Of a DNA stretch of 64,000 nt, positions 17,712-27,115 are shown piece by piece. The stretch covers positions 2,980 through 66,979 of the forward strand of contig CAMKOM010000012.1 of the NCBI GenBank assembly GCA_946414435.1, in the 5' to 3' direction. Under the pieces are notes generated by a model. That model was not told where the DNA came from. It worked only from the letters and a program-made list of their open reading frames with translations, and did no database searches. Position 1 is the stretch's first letter. Each line of letters starts with the position of its first letter. The translations under genes were made by a program, and so were the position numbers. Source of the DNA: an uncultured Bacteroidota bacterium. Lineage in GTDB: Bacteria; Bacteroidota; Bacteroidia; Bacteroidales; SZUA-534.

Positions 17712-17751
17712 TGCCCATCAATGATTTCCAACCTTTGGTGGGCATTTTTTT
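17712..17751 (+). terminator. terminator after the DUF1015 gene
   Basis: TGCCCA...TGGGCA stem followed by TTTTTTT. The loop is long, so this is a weaker call. Confidence 0.5.
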
Positions 17752-17792
17752 GTCAACAATAAATAAAAATGTTCGCGTTTTGGCGATTTTTA

Positions 17793-17800
17793 TATTTTTG
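17793..17800 (+). promoter_or_regulatory. -7 box for purU
   Basis: TATTTTTG, 23 nt upstream of the ATG at 17823. Confidence 0.4.
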
Positions 17801-17822
17801 GTCGATTTGAAAAAACAAGTAA

Positions 17823-18689
17823 ATGAATAAAACAGTTAACACTGCCACAATTCTTATGCACTGCGATGACCAGATAGGCATTGTGGCAAAAGTTACGGAA
17901 TTTATACAGAACAATCGGGGCAACATTCTGGCTCTCGACCAGCACGTTGACCACGAGGAAGGCCAGTTCTTTATGCGCATTATGTGGGATTTGGCCGAAT
18001 TTGCCATTCCGAAAGACAAGATTCAAGACTATTTCCAGACGCTGATTGCATCGGCCTACAATATGCAGTTCAAGGTTTATTTCTCTGAAGACAAGCCGCG
18101 TATGGCGCTGTTTGTGTCGAAGATGGACCACTGCCTGTTCGATATTCTGGCGCGCTACCAGGGCCGCGAATGGAACGTTGAGATTCCGCTCGTAATCAGC
18201 AATCACGAGGATTTGCGCTCGGTGGTTGAGCAGTTCGGAATACCCTTCTACTGCTTCCCCATCACCAAAGATAACAAGGAAGCGCAGGAAGCCAAAGAAT
18301 TGGAACTGCTTGAAAAATACAACATTACGTTTGTTGTGCTGGCGCGATATATGCAGATAATCTCGCCAGAATTCATCAGCAAGTATCCGAACAAGATTAT
18401 CAATATCCACCACTCTTTCCTACCCGCTTTCACTGGCGCGAAACCCTATCACGCAGCCTACAAGCGCGGTGTGAAGATTATCGGCGCCACATCGCACTAT
18501 GTTACAACCGACCTTGACGAGGGACCGATTATTGAGCAGGACGTTACCCGCATCACCCACCGCGACACGGTTGATGACCTTGTGCTGAAGGGCCGTGATT
18601 TGGAAAAAATTGTACTTTCACGGGCAATAAATCTGCACATTCAGCGCAAGACACTTGTGTATAACAATAAAACAATTGTATTTTCGTAA
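17823..18689 (+). CDS. purU: formyltetrahydrofolate deformylase
   Basis: 288 aa. N-terminal ACT domain followed by a formyltransferase core (INIHHSFLPAFTGAKPYHAAYKRGVKIIGATSHYVT). Confidence 0.92.
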   Translation: MNKTVNTATILMHCDDQIGIVAKVTEFIQNNRGNILALDQHVDHEEGQFFMRIMWDLAEFAIPKDKIQDYFQTLIASAYNMQFKVYFSEDKPRMALFVSKMDHCLFDILARYQGREWNVEIPLVISNHEDLRSVVEQFGIPFYCFPITKDNKEAQEAKELELLEKYNITFVVLARYMQIISPEFISKYPNKIINIHHSFLPAFTGAKPYHAAYKRGVKIIGATSHYVTTDLDEGPIIEQDVTRITHRDTVDDLVLKGRDLEKIVLSRAINLHIQRKTLVYNNKTIVFS

Positions 18690-18723
18690 TAACAATATCA
18701 CTAATCACTTAAACTTTAAAAAG

Positions 18724-19428
18724 ATGAAACACTTATTATCAATTGCATTGGTTGCCATGGCATTGAGTCTGAACGCTCAAACCACTGAAGCACCAGAAGA
18801 TTTTGTCAACAAAGGCAACGCCGCTGTCCAACTGAAGGACTACAAAGGCGCCTTTGAGAACTATCAGAAGGCTTTTACGCTGTATGAGAAACAGGGCAAG
18901 GCTAAAGACATCGCCCCCGAAACCATCTACAACGCTGGCTACTGCGCTCACAAGGCAAATCTGCACGACGATGCCATCACCTATCTGAAAAAGGCCATCG
19001 AACTTAACGTGAAGGAAGCTCGTCCTTACCAGAACCTTGCTGAAACTTACAAGGCAAAGAAAGACAACGAAATGTATGAAAAGACTCTTGAAGAAGGCTT
19101 GGCCAAATATCCAAACGACAAGGCTCTTAACAAGCTGATGGCAAACTTGTATGTTCAAAAAGCTAACGTTTTCTACAAAAAGGGCAACGAAATCAAGAAG
19201 GCTGCCAACGATAGCGGCTTGAGCCAAACCGACGCAGATGCATACAATGCTGAGCTCGACAAATCGAAAGCCGAGTTTGAACAGGCTCTTCCGCTTGTAG
19301 AGAAAGCCTACAAGTATGACAGCAAGAACAAGAACGCTCTGAAAATTATGCAAAACGTCTACACTGCACTCGACCGTCCGGAAGATGCAGAGAAAATCAA
19401 AGCAGAACTTGATGCTTTGCAGAAATAA
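18724..19428 (+). CDS. secreted TPR-repeat protein
   Basis: ATG at 18724 gives the signal peptide MKHLLSIALVAMALSLNAQ, followed by TPR-like helices (YNAGYCAHKANLHDDAITYLKKAIEL). Confidence 0.75.
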   Translation: MKHLLSIALVAMALSLNAQTTEAPEDFVNKGNAAVQLKDYKGAFENYQKAFTLYEKQGKAKDIAPETIYNAGYCAHKANLHDDAITYLKKAIELNVKEARPYQNLAETYKAKKDNEMYEKTLEEGLAKYPNDKALNKLMANLYVQKANVFYKKGNEIKKAANDSGLSQTDADAYNAELDKSKAEFEQALPLVEKAYKYDSKNKNALKIMQNVYTALDRPEDAEKIKAELDALQK

Positions 19429-19455
19429 TTGACTAATAATCTGCTAACAGATAAT

Positions 19456-19487
19456 CCCCTGTGGCCTATGGCTGCAGGGGATTTTTT
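19456..19487 (+). terminator. terminator after the TPR gene (shared with convergent wbqC)
   Basis: CCCCTGTGGCCtatGGCTGCAGGGG followed by ATTTTTT. Confidence 0.75.
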
Positions 19488-19505
19488 CTATGTATAGTTG
19501 TTGTT

Positions 19506-20144
19506 TTATTTGACACTGCTTTGTAGCACCGCTTTCGCATCTGGTCCGCAGTTCATTACAAGGTCGATGATTGACAGATTAGGAATAAAGCCGAATCGCT
19601 CGCCGAAAACCTGCGTGTAAGGCTGCGGCGCAAAGTGCGGGTCGGCCGATTGGTGCGACTGCTTCGGGTGGATTGTGTTGCGATAGTCGGGACAATCGGG
19701 CGTGTGTACGTAATCGGCGGTCAAGACCGTGTTATCGGGCATTTTCAGCCATTTTAAGCACACTTCGAGTATTGCACGGTTATAGTCAAGCAGAAAATCG
19801 AAACGGCGCTCGTAGAACGGCAGAATGTCGTCGGCATAATAGTCGAAAAACGGCGACGACTTGTAGAGCGACCGAATGGTGTTGAAATGGTTCTTCTGCC
19901 ACGGCGTTTGGTAGGCTATGCGAATGTCACGCGTCATTGGGTTGTGCGTATCGCTCTTAAGGATAGGCACCTGCAGCGTCTGAATGCAGTTGGGTCCATA
20001 GAGTGCGCAACGGTTGCGGTAACTCTGCTTTGGAAAGGTCTCGAACTGCTCAATCAGCACCTGGCTGTGGTTGACAATCTTTGTAAACCATTGAACTGGC
20101 GGCCAATAGGCGGTGCTTAATAAGCAAGTGCTGGTGTCGGACAT
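19506..20144 (-). CDS. WbqC-family protein
   Basis: 212 aa. The STAYWPPVQWF...PKQSYRNRC pattern is typical of WbqC-like proteins (from memory). Confidence 0.75.
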   Translation of the reverse strand: MSDTSTCLLSTAYWPPVQWFTKIVNHSQVLIEQFETFPKQSYRNRCALYGPNCIQTLQVPILKSDTHNPMTRDIRIAYQTPWQKNHFNTIRSLYKSSPFFDYYADDILPFYERRFDFLLDYNRAILEVCLKWLKMPDNTVLTADYVHTPDCPDYRNTIHPKQSHQSADPHFAPQPYTQVFGERFGFIPNLSIIDLVMNCGPDAKAVLQSSVK

Positions 20145-20422
20145 AGTTTGTTGTTTTGGTGAATCGGTGAATTAGTTAGTGTTTAGCGCTTCGCTGTTGA
20201 GAAGGTTTAGTTTAAGGTTTAATGGGTTTAACAGGTTTAAAATGGACTTCAGACTACAGACAAATTTGAGTATTGAGTAATGAGTAATGTTTAACGTGTA
20301 ATGATAATTCTCTAATGCCTAGTGTCTAATGCCTAAAACCTTGTTTTAAGTGTAAAGTGTAATGAATCGTAACTCGTAATTCATAATTCGTAATTCACTA
20401 GTGCCTAATCCCTAACACCATA
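20145..20422 (-). repeat. mosaic intergenic element L3 (glucokinase / wbqC gap)
   Basis: The same module words as L2 in reverse complement on the + strand, so sense-oriented for the minus-strand genes: ctaacacc, cctaatgcc, tcgtaattc, gtgtaaagtgtaatg, gagtaatgagtaatg, ggacttcagactacagac, ggtttaa, ggtgaatcggtgaat. Confidence 0.85.
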
Positions 20423-21370
20423 TTACAAATTAGCCAAGACAAGAGCGCTGGCGCCGAGAATTGCCGCATTGTCGCCCAACTGCGACGGCAGCACCTGCGT
20501 TTTGTTCTTGAAGATATTCAGCATATTGGCTTCCATTGCGCGGCGTGTGGGCTCAAAGAGAATCTCGCCTGCCTTTGCCAAACCGCCAAACAGGAATATG
20601 GCTTGCGGACTTGTAATTGCCACAAAATCAGCCAAGGCACGGCCCAACATTTCGCCTGTGAACTCAAAAACTTCTCGTGCAATGGCGTCGCCCCGAGCGG
20701 CCGCCTGCGACACTTTCAAAGCCGTCAGTTCGCTGTTGGGAATCGAGCGTAACTCGCTGTCAATATTGCGTTTAGCCAACAGTTCGGTTGCTGTGCGCAC
20801 CACGCCCGTAGCCGACACGTAGGTCTCAAGGCAGCCTTTGCGCCCGCAGCCGCAGTCGCGCCCGCCACGCTCAACAATCACGTGGCCGCACTCGCCTGCA
20901 AAGCCGTCGTGGCCGTAGAGCATCTTGCCGCCCGTCACTATGCCGCTGCCAAGGCCCGTTCCAAGGGTAATCTCAATGAAATCGGTCATTCCCTTTGCGC
21001 CGCCGTACACCATCTCGCCAATGGCGGCGGCGTTGGCGTCGTTGGTCAGGAATACTGGCACACCGAACTGTTTCTTAAAGGTTTCCACAATCTTCACCAC
21101 GCCCTTCCACGGCAGGTTGGCGGCATTCTCAATGCAACCACTGAAGTAGTTGCCGTTGGCCGCACCAATGCCAATGCCCACAAGCTTGCAAGGCTGTTCA
21201 ATCGTGCCAAGCAATTGCCTTATGCCTTCGGAAACGGCGTTGGCAAACGCCTGAAAATCAGCGTGACCGCTAGTGGGTATGCTGCTTTGGGCGAGTATCT
21301 CGCCATTGTCGGTCACAAGACCGAAAGCGGTGTTTGTGCCGCCAATATCGATTCCAACTGAAAGATTCAT
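20423..21370 (-). CDS. ROK-family glucokinase
   Basis: 315 aa. DIGGTNTAFG ATP motif and the ROK zinc motif GHVIVERGGRDCGCGRKGCLE. Confidence 0.88.
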   Translation of the reverse strand: MNLSVGIDIGGTNTAFGLVTDNGEILAQSSIPTSGHADFQAFANAVSEGIRQLLGTIEQPCKLVGIGIGAANGNYFSGCIENAANLPWKGVVKIVETFKKQFGVPVFLTNDANAAAIGEMVYGGAKGMTDFIEITLGTGLGSGIVTGGKMLYGHDGFAGECGHVIVERGGRDCGCGRKGCLETYVSATGVVRTATELLAKRNIDSELRSIPNSELTALKVSQAAARGDAIAREVFEFTGEMLGRALADFVAITSPQAIFLFGGLAKAGEILFEPTRRAMEANMLNIFKNKTQVLPSQLGDNAAILGASALVLANL

Positions 21371-21603
21371 ATTTTTAAAAGTTTAGAGTTGAGACGTTTA
21401 GAGTTTAGTTTTGGACTTCAGACTTCAGACCACGGACTACAGACAAATTTGAGTAATGAGTAATGTATAAAGTGTAATGATTCATAATTCACTAATGCTT
21501 AATGCCTAGTGCCTAACACCTAATTTCCAAATCCTAAATCTTAATTCCTAATTTCTAAATCCTAACTCCTAATTCCTAATTCCTAATTCCTAAATCCAAA
21601 TTA
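21371..21603 (-). repeat. mosaic intergenic element L4 (MFS / glucokinase gap)
   Basis: Contains (cctaatt/cctaaat)xn, aacacctaa, cactaatgcttaatgcctagtgcc, gtgtaatg, gagtaatgagtaatg, ggacttcagacttcagaccacggactacagac and gtttagag. It shares the 21-nt run gactacagacaaatttgagta with L3. Confidence 0.85.
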
Positions 21604-22878
21604 TTAACTCTTCACGTGCTTATATTTGAATATCAACGCGAACGAAACGGCCACAGCCAATGCGAACGCGGCGAAAATGTACCAAGCAACTGACCAACCC
21701 TGCATCATATCGAACGACGGGTCGCCTAATCGGTTGTAAACGAAGCGATTGACCACCATCTGCGAAAGCAGCGAGCCTACCGTTGCGCCAAGGCCGTTGG
21801 TCATCATCATAAACACGCCCTGCGCGCTCGAGCGAATGTCGTCGGTGGTGTTCAGGTCGACAAAAAGCGAGCCGCTGATATTGAAAAAGTCGAACGCAAC
21901 GCCGTAAACAATCATCGAAAGGACGAAAAGCCAAACGCCGCCTTCGGGGTCACCCAAACCGAAGAATCCGAAGCGGCAAACCCACGCCAACATCGAAATC
22001 AGCATCACCTTTTTAATACCTAACCGCTTCAGAAAGAATGGGATAAGAAGAATACAAAGCGTCTCGGAAACCTGCGAGAGCGAACTCAGCATTATGTTGT
22101 GGCGCACTGCGAAGGCGTCCGCATAGTCGGGATTTTGACCGAAGTCGCTCATAAAAGTGCCCGCAAAACCGAACGTCACCTGAAGGCACATTCCGAGCAT
22201 AAACGAGAAAATGAAGAACTGCCGCATCTGGCGGTTGCCGAAGAGCGTGAACGCCCGCAGCCCCAGCGCTTCAACTATCGACGCCGAGCGTTTGCCGCCG
22301 CTTGTTGGGCAGTTGGGCAGCGTGAAGGCATAAACGGCCAACACAAGCGACCACGCCGCCGAAATGAACAACTGGCGGTAATCTTCCTTAAAATCAGTCA
22401 AATCGACAATCCACATCGACACAATGAAACCTATGGTACCGAAAACGCGAATTGGCGGATAGGCGCTCATCGTGTCCATCCCCGCGCGCTCTAACGCATT
22501 GTACGACACCGAGATTCCCAGCGCTACTGTCGGCATAAAGAACGCCACGCTGGCGGCATAGAACGGGAATATCTGCGCGAAAGTGACATCGGCGCCATAT
22601 CGCAGTCCCATCAATCCTGCCATAGCCATAAAGACTGCGGCCAATCCCTGGCACATTCCGAGCAGCCGCTGGGCAGGAATCCATTTGTCGGCCACAATGC
22701 CCATCAAGGCTGGCATAAAAAGCGACACAATGCCCTGCACGGCGAAAAAGGCGCCAATGCTTGTGCCCATCCCGATATTGCCCAAATAGATACCGAGCGA
22801 ACTCAGATATGCACCCCACACGGCGTATATCATCAGGTTCATTGCAATGAGACGAATCTTTAAACTTAAATTATTCAT
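21604..22878 (-). CDS. MFS transporter, nucleoside:H+ symporter-like
   Basis: 424 aa with about 12 predicted TM segments. The N-terminus LKIRLIAMNLMIYAVWGAYLSSLG resembles the NupG/XapB-type family. Confidence 0.8.
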   Translation of the reverse strand: MNNLSLKIRLIAMNLMIYAVWGAYLSSLGIYLGNIGMGTSIGAFFAVQGIVSLFMPALMGIVADKWIPAQRLLGMCQGLAAVFMAMAGLMGLRYGADVTFAQIFPFYAASVAFFMPTVALGISVSYNALERAGMDTMSAYPPIRVFGTIGFIVSMWIVDLTDFKEDYRQLFISAAWSLVLAVYAFTLPNCPTSGGKRSASIVEALGLRAFTLFGNRQMRQFFIFSFMLGMCLQVTFGFAGTFMSDFGQNPDYADAFAVRHNIMLSSLSQVSETLCILLIPFFLKRLGIKKVMLISMLAWVCRFGFFGLGDPEGGVWLFVLSMIVYGVAFDFFNISGSLFVDLNTTDDIRSSAQGVFMMMTNGLGATVGSLLSQMVVNRFVYNRLGDPSFDMMQGWSVAWYIFAAFALAVAVSFALIFKYKHVKS

Positions 22879-22914
22879 TTATTGTTGTTTTAAGTAGTTA
22901 TTTAAAGCAAGAGT

Positions 22915-23085
22915 TCAATTCTGTTGGCAGGTACCATCAGCACTTTTGCAAGCATTTGCCGACGGTTGCTGTGGTGCGCTTGCGGTTCGTTTCGGCCTGT
23001 ATTTGCCAAGTTTTTTCGCCTTTTCCCAAGCGGCTTTTTTGGCTTCGTACTCTTCGTAGTGCCGTTCTAAATAATTGTCTGCCAT
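22915..23085 (-). CDS. small conserved basic protein (hypothetical)
   Basis: The internal ATG at 23085 gives MADNYLERHYEEYEAKKAAWEKAKKLGKYRPKR (56 aa). Small MADNYLE... proteins recur in Bacteroidales (from memory). Confidence 0.5.
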   Translation of the reverse strand: MADNYLERHYEEYEAKKAAWEKAKKLGKYRPKRTASAPQQPSANACKSADGTCQQN

Positions 23086-23259
23086 AATGATAATAATCAA
23101 TAATAGAACTATATGTATCAACCATTACGATTTAAAGACAAATAAACTTAAATTTTTTTCTTTTCACACGAGCAATAATGATAATCGCTGTAAAAAACTA
23201 TGCATATTAAGCAAAAAACGTAAAATGCCGGAGCTATTCGAAAGCTGCCTCATTATTGC

Positions 23260-23267
23260 TATCTTTG
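23260..23267 (+). promoter_or_regulatory. -7 box for the acn-icd-gltA cluster
   Basis: TATCTTTG, 137 nt upstream of the ATG at 23404. This implies a long leader, which contains the hairpin GGGAAGAatgcaTCTTCCC at 23367-23385. Confidence 0.4.
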
Positions 23268-23403
23268 CAGTTTAATATCGGTGTTTCACATTTATGCAGA
23301 AAGGTTGCATAAATATTTGAAAATCTGATTTTGAGAAAAGGTTTAAAACGTTGATTTACAACAATCGGGAAGAATGCATCTTCCCAACAAACACAAATAA
23401 ATA

Positions 23404-25674
23404 ATGCTATTCGATTTAGAGATGATTGAGCAATTCTACAGCGAATTGCCCGCTAAAGTGGCCGCGGCACGCAAAATGCTGGGCCGTCCGATGACTTTGA
23501 GTGAGAAAATCCTATACGCGCACCTGTCGCCTGAGGCCGATGTCCGCAAATACACACGCGGGGCCGACTACGCACTGTTTGCGCCCAACCGCGTGGCTAT
23601 GCAGGACGCCACCGCACAAATGGCTCTGCTGCAGTTTATGAACGCTGGCAAGAGCCGCACAATGGTACCGTCAACTGTTCACTGCGACCACCTGATTCAG
23701 GCCAATGTGGGCGCCGAGAAGGACCTTGCCGTGGCCAACGACCAAAACCGCGAGGTTTACGGCTTCCTGCACGACGTGGCCGCCAAATACGGAATCGGAT
23801 TCTGGAAACCTGGAGCAGGAATTATCCACCAAGTGCTGCTTGAGAACTACGCCTTCCCTGGCGGAATGATGATTGGCACCGACTCGCACACAGTGAACGC
23901 TGGCGGCTTGGGAATGGTGGCTATTGGTGTTGGCGGCGCCGACGCTGTCGACGTAATGGTTGGTCTACCGTGGGAACTGAAAATGCCGAAACTTATCGGC
24001 ATCCGCCTGACGGGAAAACTCAACGGCTGGGCATCGCCGAAGGATATTATTCTGAAGGTGGCTGGACTGCTCACCGTGAAGGGCGGAACGGGCTGCATTG
24101 TGGAGTATTTCGGCGAGGGAGCCGCCACGCTGTCGGCAACGGGCAAGGGCACCATTTGTAATATGGGCGCCGAAATCGGGGCAACCACTTCAATCTTCGC
24201 CTTCGACAAGAAAATGCACGAATACCTTTGCGCCACTGGCCGCGAGAAGATTGCCGCCCTGGCCGAGAAGAACGCCGCCAATCTGGCAAGCGACCCCGAG
24301 GTTTACGCCAATCCCGAGAATTTCTACGACCAAATCATCGATATAAATCTCTCAGAAATAGAGCCTTACGTGAACGGACCGTTCTCGCCCGACCTTGCAA
24401 CGCCTATCTCGCAGTTTGCCGATTACATCCGCAAAAACAACTATCCTGAGAAAATGGAAGTTGGCTTGATTGGCTCGTGCACTAACTCATCGTACGAGGA
24501 TTTGGACCGCGCCGCATCGGTGGCTCGTCAGGCTAAAGAGAAGAATATCAAGGTGAAAGCCGAATTTATTGTGAGTCCTGGCTCGACTCAGGTGAAGAAA
24601 ACCACCGACCGCGACGGTCAGATTGCCGCCTTCAAGGAGATTGGCGCGCTTGTTATGGCCAACGCCTGCGGCCCGTGCATTGGTCAGTGGGCACGCCACA
24701 CCGACGACCCGACGGCCAAGAACAGCATCATTCACTCGTTCAACCGCAACTTTGCCAAACGCACCGACGGCAACCCCAACACCCACGGGTTTGTGGCTTC
24801 GCCCGAACTGGTTACGGCAATGGCAATTTCGGGCTCAATGCTGTTCAACCCACTGAAAGACAAACTTTTGACCGAAGACGGCCGCGAGGTTATGCTCGAC
24901 GCGCCTGTTGGCGACGAACTGCCTGCAAAGGGCTTCATCACCGACCCCGAGGGCTTTATAGCACCGCCTGTCGACGGCTCGAAAATCGAGATTAAGGTGG
25001 ACCCGAAGAGCGAGCGTCTGCAACTGCTGGAGCCGTTTGCCGAGTGGGACGGCAAGGATTTCGACAATCTGCAACTGCTCATCAAGGCCAAAGGCAAATG
25101 CACAACCGACCATATCAGTATGGCTGGCAAGTGGCTGCGCTTCCGCGGACATCTCGACAACATCAGCAACAACCTTCTGATTGGCGCCATCAACGCGTTC
25201 AACGGCGAGGCCAACAAGGTGCTCGACACCGCAACTGGCTCATACACAGCCGTTCCCGACCTTGCACGCTCGTACAAGGCGCGCGGGCTGCGCAGCATAA
25301 TCATTGGCGACGAGAACTACGGCGAGGGTTCGAGCCGCGAGCACGCCGCTATGGAGCCGCGTCATCTGGGTGCGGCGGTGGTTCTGGCAAAATCTTTCGC
25401 TCGAATCCACGAGACCAACCTGAAGAAACAGGGTATGCTGGCGCTCACATTCGCCGACAAGGCCGATTATGAAAAAATCCGCGAGAACGACACATTCGCC
25501 ATCAGCGGCCTGACATCGTTCAGCGCTGGCGTGCCGTTGAAAATGACCATCCGCCACGCCGACGGAACTCAGGAGCAAATAACTGTAAATCACACTTATA
25601 ACGCGGCTCAAATTGAATGGTTCAAGGTGGGCGGCGCATTGAATCAAATTCGTAAACAATCTAAAAACAAATAA
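23404..25674 (+). CDS. acn: aconitate hydratase (mitochondrial-type, about 750 aa)
   Basis: 756 aa with Fe-S ligand context IGSCTNSS and [11 protein letters not shown]. Gene order acn-icd-gltA matches that known in Bacteroides fragilis. Confidence 0.95.
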   Translation: MLFDLEMIEQFYSELPAKVAAARKMLGRPMTLSEKILYAHLSPEADVRKYTRGADYALFAPNRVAMQDATAQMALLQFMNAGKSRTMVPSTVHCDHLIQANVGAEKDLAVANDQNREVYGFLHDVAAKYGIGFWKPGAGIIHQVLLENYAFPGGMMIGTDSHTVNAGGLGMVAIGVGGADAVDVMVGLPWELKMPKLIGIRLTGKLNGWASPKDIILKVAGLLTVKGGTGCIVEYFGEGAATLSATGKGTICNMGAEIGATTSIFAFDKKMHEYLCATGREKIAALAEKNAANLASDPEVYANPENFYDQIIDINLSEIEPYVNGPFSPDLATPISQFADYIRKNNYPEKMEVGLIGSCTNSSYEDLDRAASVARQAKEKNIKVKAEFIVSPGSTQVKKTTDRDGQIAAFKEIGALVMANACGPCIGQWARHTDDPTAKNSIIHSFNRNFAKRTDGNPNTHGFVASPELVTAMAISGSMLFNPLKDKLLTEDGREVMLDAPVGDELPAKGFITDPEGFIAPPVDGSKIEIKVDPKSERLQLLEPFAEWDGKDFDNLQLLIKAKGKCTTDHISMAGKWLRFRGHLDNISNNLLIGAINAFNGEANKVLDTATGSYTAVPDLARSYKARGLRSIIIGDENYGEGSSREHAAMEPRHLGAAVVLAKSFARIHETNLKKQGMLALTFADKADYEKIRENDTFAISGLTSFSAGVPLKMTIRHADGTQEQITVNHTYNAAQIEWFKVGGALNQIRKQSKNK

Positions 25675-25678
25675 AACT

Positions 25679-26941
25679 ATGGCAGAGAAAATCACAATCA
25701 GCAACGGTAAACTCAACGTTCCTAACAACCCCGTAATCCCCTTCATCGAGGGCGACGGAATCGGCCGCGACATCTGGCCTGCATCGCAAAAAGTAATGGA
25801 CGCGGCTGTGGAGAAATACTACGGCGGCAAGCGCAAAATTGAGTGGAAAGAGGTTCTGGCGGGCGAGAAAGCCTTCAACGCCACTGGCAGTTGGCTTCCC
25901 GACGAGACTCTGGACGCTTTCCGCGAATATCTGGTGGGCATCAAGGGCCCGCTGACAACCCCGATTGGCGGCGGCATCCGCTCGCTCAACGTGGCTCTGC
26001 GTCAGACTCTCGACCTTTACGTATGCCTGCGCCCCGTGCAGTATTACGAGGGCACACCGTCGCCTGTGAAGCGCCCCGAGTTGGTTGATATGTGCATCTT
26101 CCGCGAGAACACCGAGGATATTTACGCTGGCATTGAATATATGAACGGCACGCCTGAAAATCTGAAAATCAAGAAGTTCCTGATTGAGGAAATGGGCGTT
26201 AAGAAGATTCGCTTCCCCGAATCGTCGAGCATCGGCATCAAGCCTGTGAGTCAGGAAGGCACGGAGCGCCTTGTCCGCGCGGCCATTCAGTACGCCATCG
26301 ACCACAAGAAACCGTCGGTGACGTTTGTGCACAAGGGCAACATTATGAAGTTCACCGAGGGCGCGTTCAAGATTTGGGGCTACGAACTGGCCGAGCGCGA
26401 GTTCGCCGACAAGGTTTACACCTGGAACCAATGGGAGGCCCGCAAGAAGGAAGTTGGCGAGGAGACAGCCAACGCCGAAATGGACGCTGCCGCAAAAGCC
26501 GGCAAAATCATCATAAAAGATTGTATTGCTGACGCTTTCCTGCAACAGATTCTTACCCGTCCGGCCGAGTATTCGGTAATTGCAACGCTGAACCTGAACG
26601 GCGACTATATTTCAGACGCTCTGGCAGCCTGCGTGGGCGGCATCGGCATTGCACCTGGAGCCAACATCAACTATCAGAGCGGCTACGCCATTTTTGAGGC
26701 AACACACGGAACGGCGCCTAAATACACTGGCAAGAACGTGTCGAACCCTGGCTCGCTGCTGCTTTCGGGCGCAATGATGCTCGACTATTTGGGCTGGACC
26801 GAGGCTGCCGACGGCATCCGCAAGGCTATGAGCAAAACCATCTCGCAGAAAACCGTAACCTACGACCTGCACCGAATGATGGAAGGCGCCACAAAACTCT
26901 CGACATCGGAATTTGCTGACGCGCTGATTAAAAATTTGTAA
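25679..26941 (+). CDS. icd: NADP-dependent isocitrate dehydrogenase
   Basis: 420 aa with [20 protein letters not shown] and [13 protein letters not shown] motifs. Confidence 0.95.
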   Translation: MAEKITISNGKLNVPNNPVIPFIEGDGIGRDIWPASQKVMDAAVEKYYGGKRKIEWKEVLAGEKAFNATGSWLPDETLDAFREYLVGIKGPLTTPIGGGIRSLNVALRQTLDLYVCLRPVQYYEGTPSPVKRPELVDMCIFRENTEDIYAGIEYMNGTPENLKIKKFLIEEMGVKKIRFPESSSIGIKPVSQEGTERLVRAAIQYAIDHKKPSVTFVHKGNIMKFTEGAFKIWGYELAEREFADKVYTWNQWEARKKEVGEETANAEMDAAAKAGKIIIKDCIADAFLQQILTRPAEYSVIATLNLNGDYISDALAACVGGIGIAPGANINYQSGYAIFEATHGTAPKYTGKNVSNPGSLLLSGAMMLDYLGWTEAADGIRKAMSKTISQKTVTYDLHRMMEGATKLSTSEFADALIKNL

Positions 26942-27115
26942 TTAGGCATTAGGCACTAGCCATTAGGCATTAGATTAAAGAGTTTTGAATAACGAATATG
27001 TAAATGGTATTTGGTATTGGGTGTTAGGTGTTGGTAGGGACGCGATTCATCGCGTCTGAATTGCCGAAACAACCGATTCACCAATTAAACAGTTAAACGA
27101 TTAAACAACAAGAAA
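26939..27115 (+). repeat. mosaic intergenic element L5 (icd / gltA gap)
   Basis: taattaggcattaggcactagccattaggcattag, gaataacgaatatg, ggtatttggtattgggtgttaggtgttg, hairpin gtagggacgcgattcatcgcgtc, ccgattcaccaattaaacagttaaacgattaaac. Confidence 0.85.
27034..27056 (+). repeat. GTAGGGACGCG hairpin (in L5)
   Basis: gtagggACGCGATtcATCGCGTc, with stem GACGCGAT/ATCGCGTC. Confidence 0.7.

Noticed and set aside
23268-23403. The long leader upstream of the aconitase gene, with hairpin GGGAAGAatgcaTCTTCCC, could be a riboswitch or attenuator.
   Set aside because: There is no U-tract after the hairpin and I recognise no riboswitch consensus. It is recorded only as part of the promoter feature.
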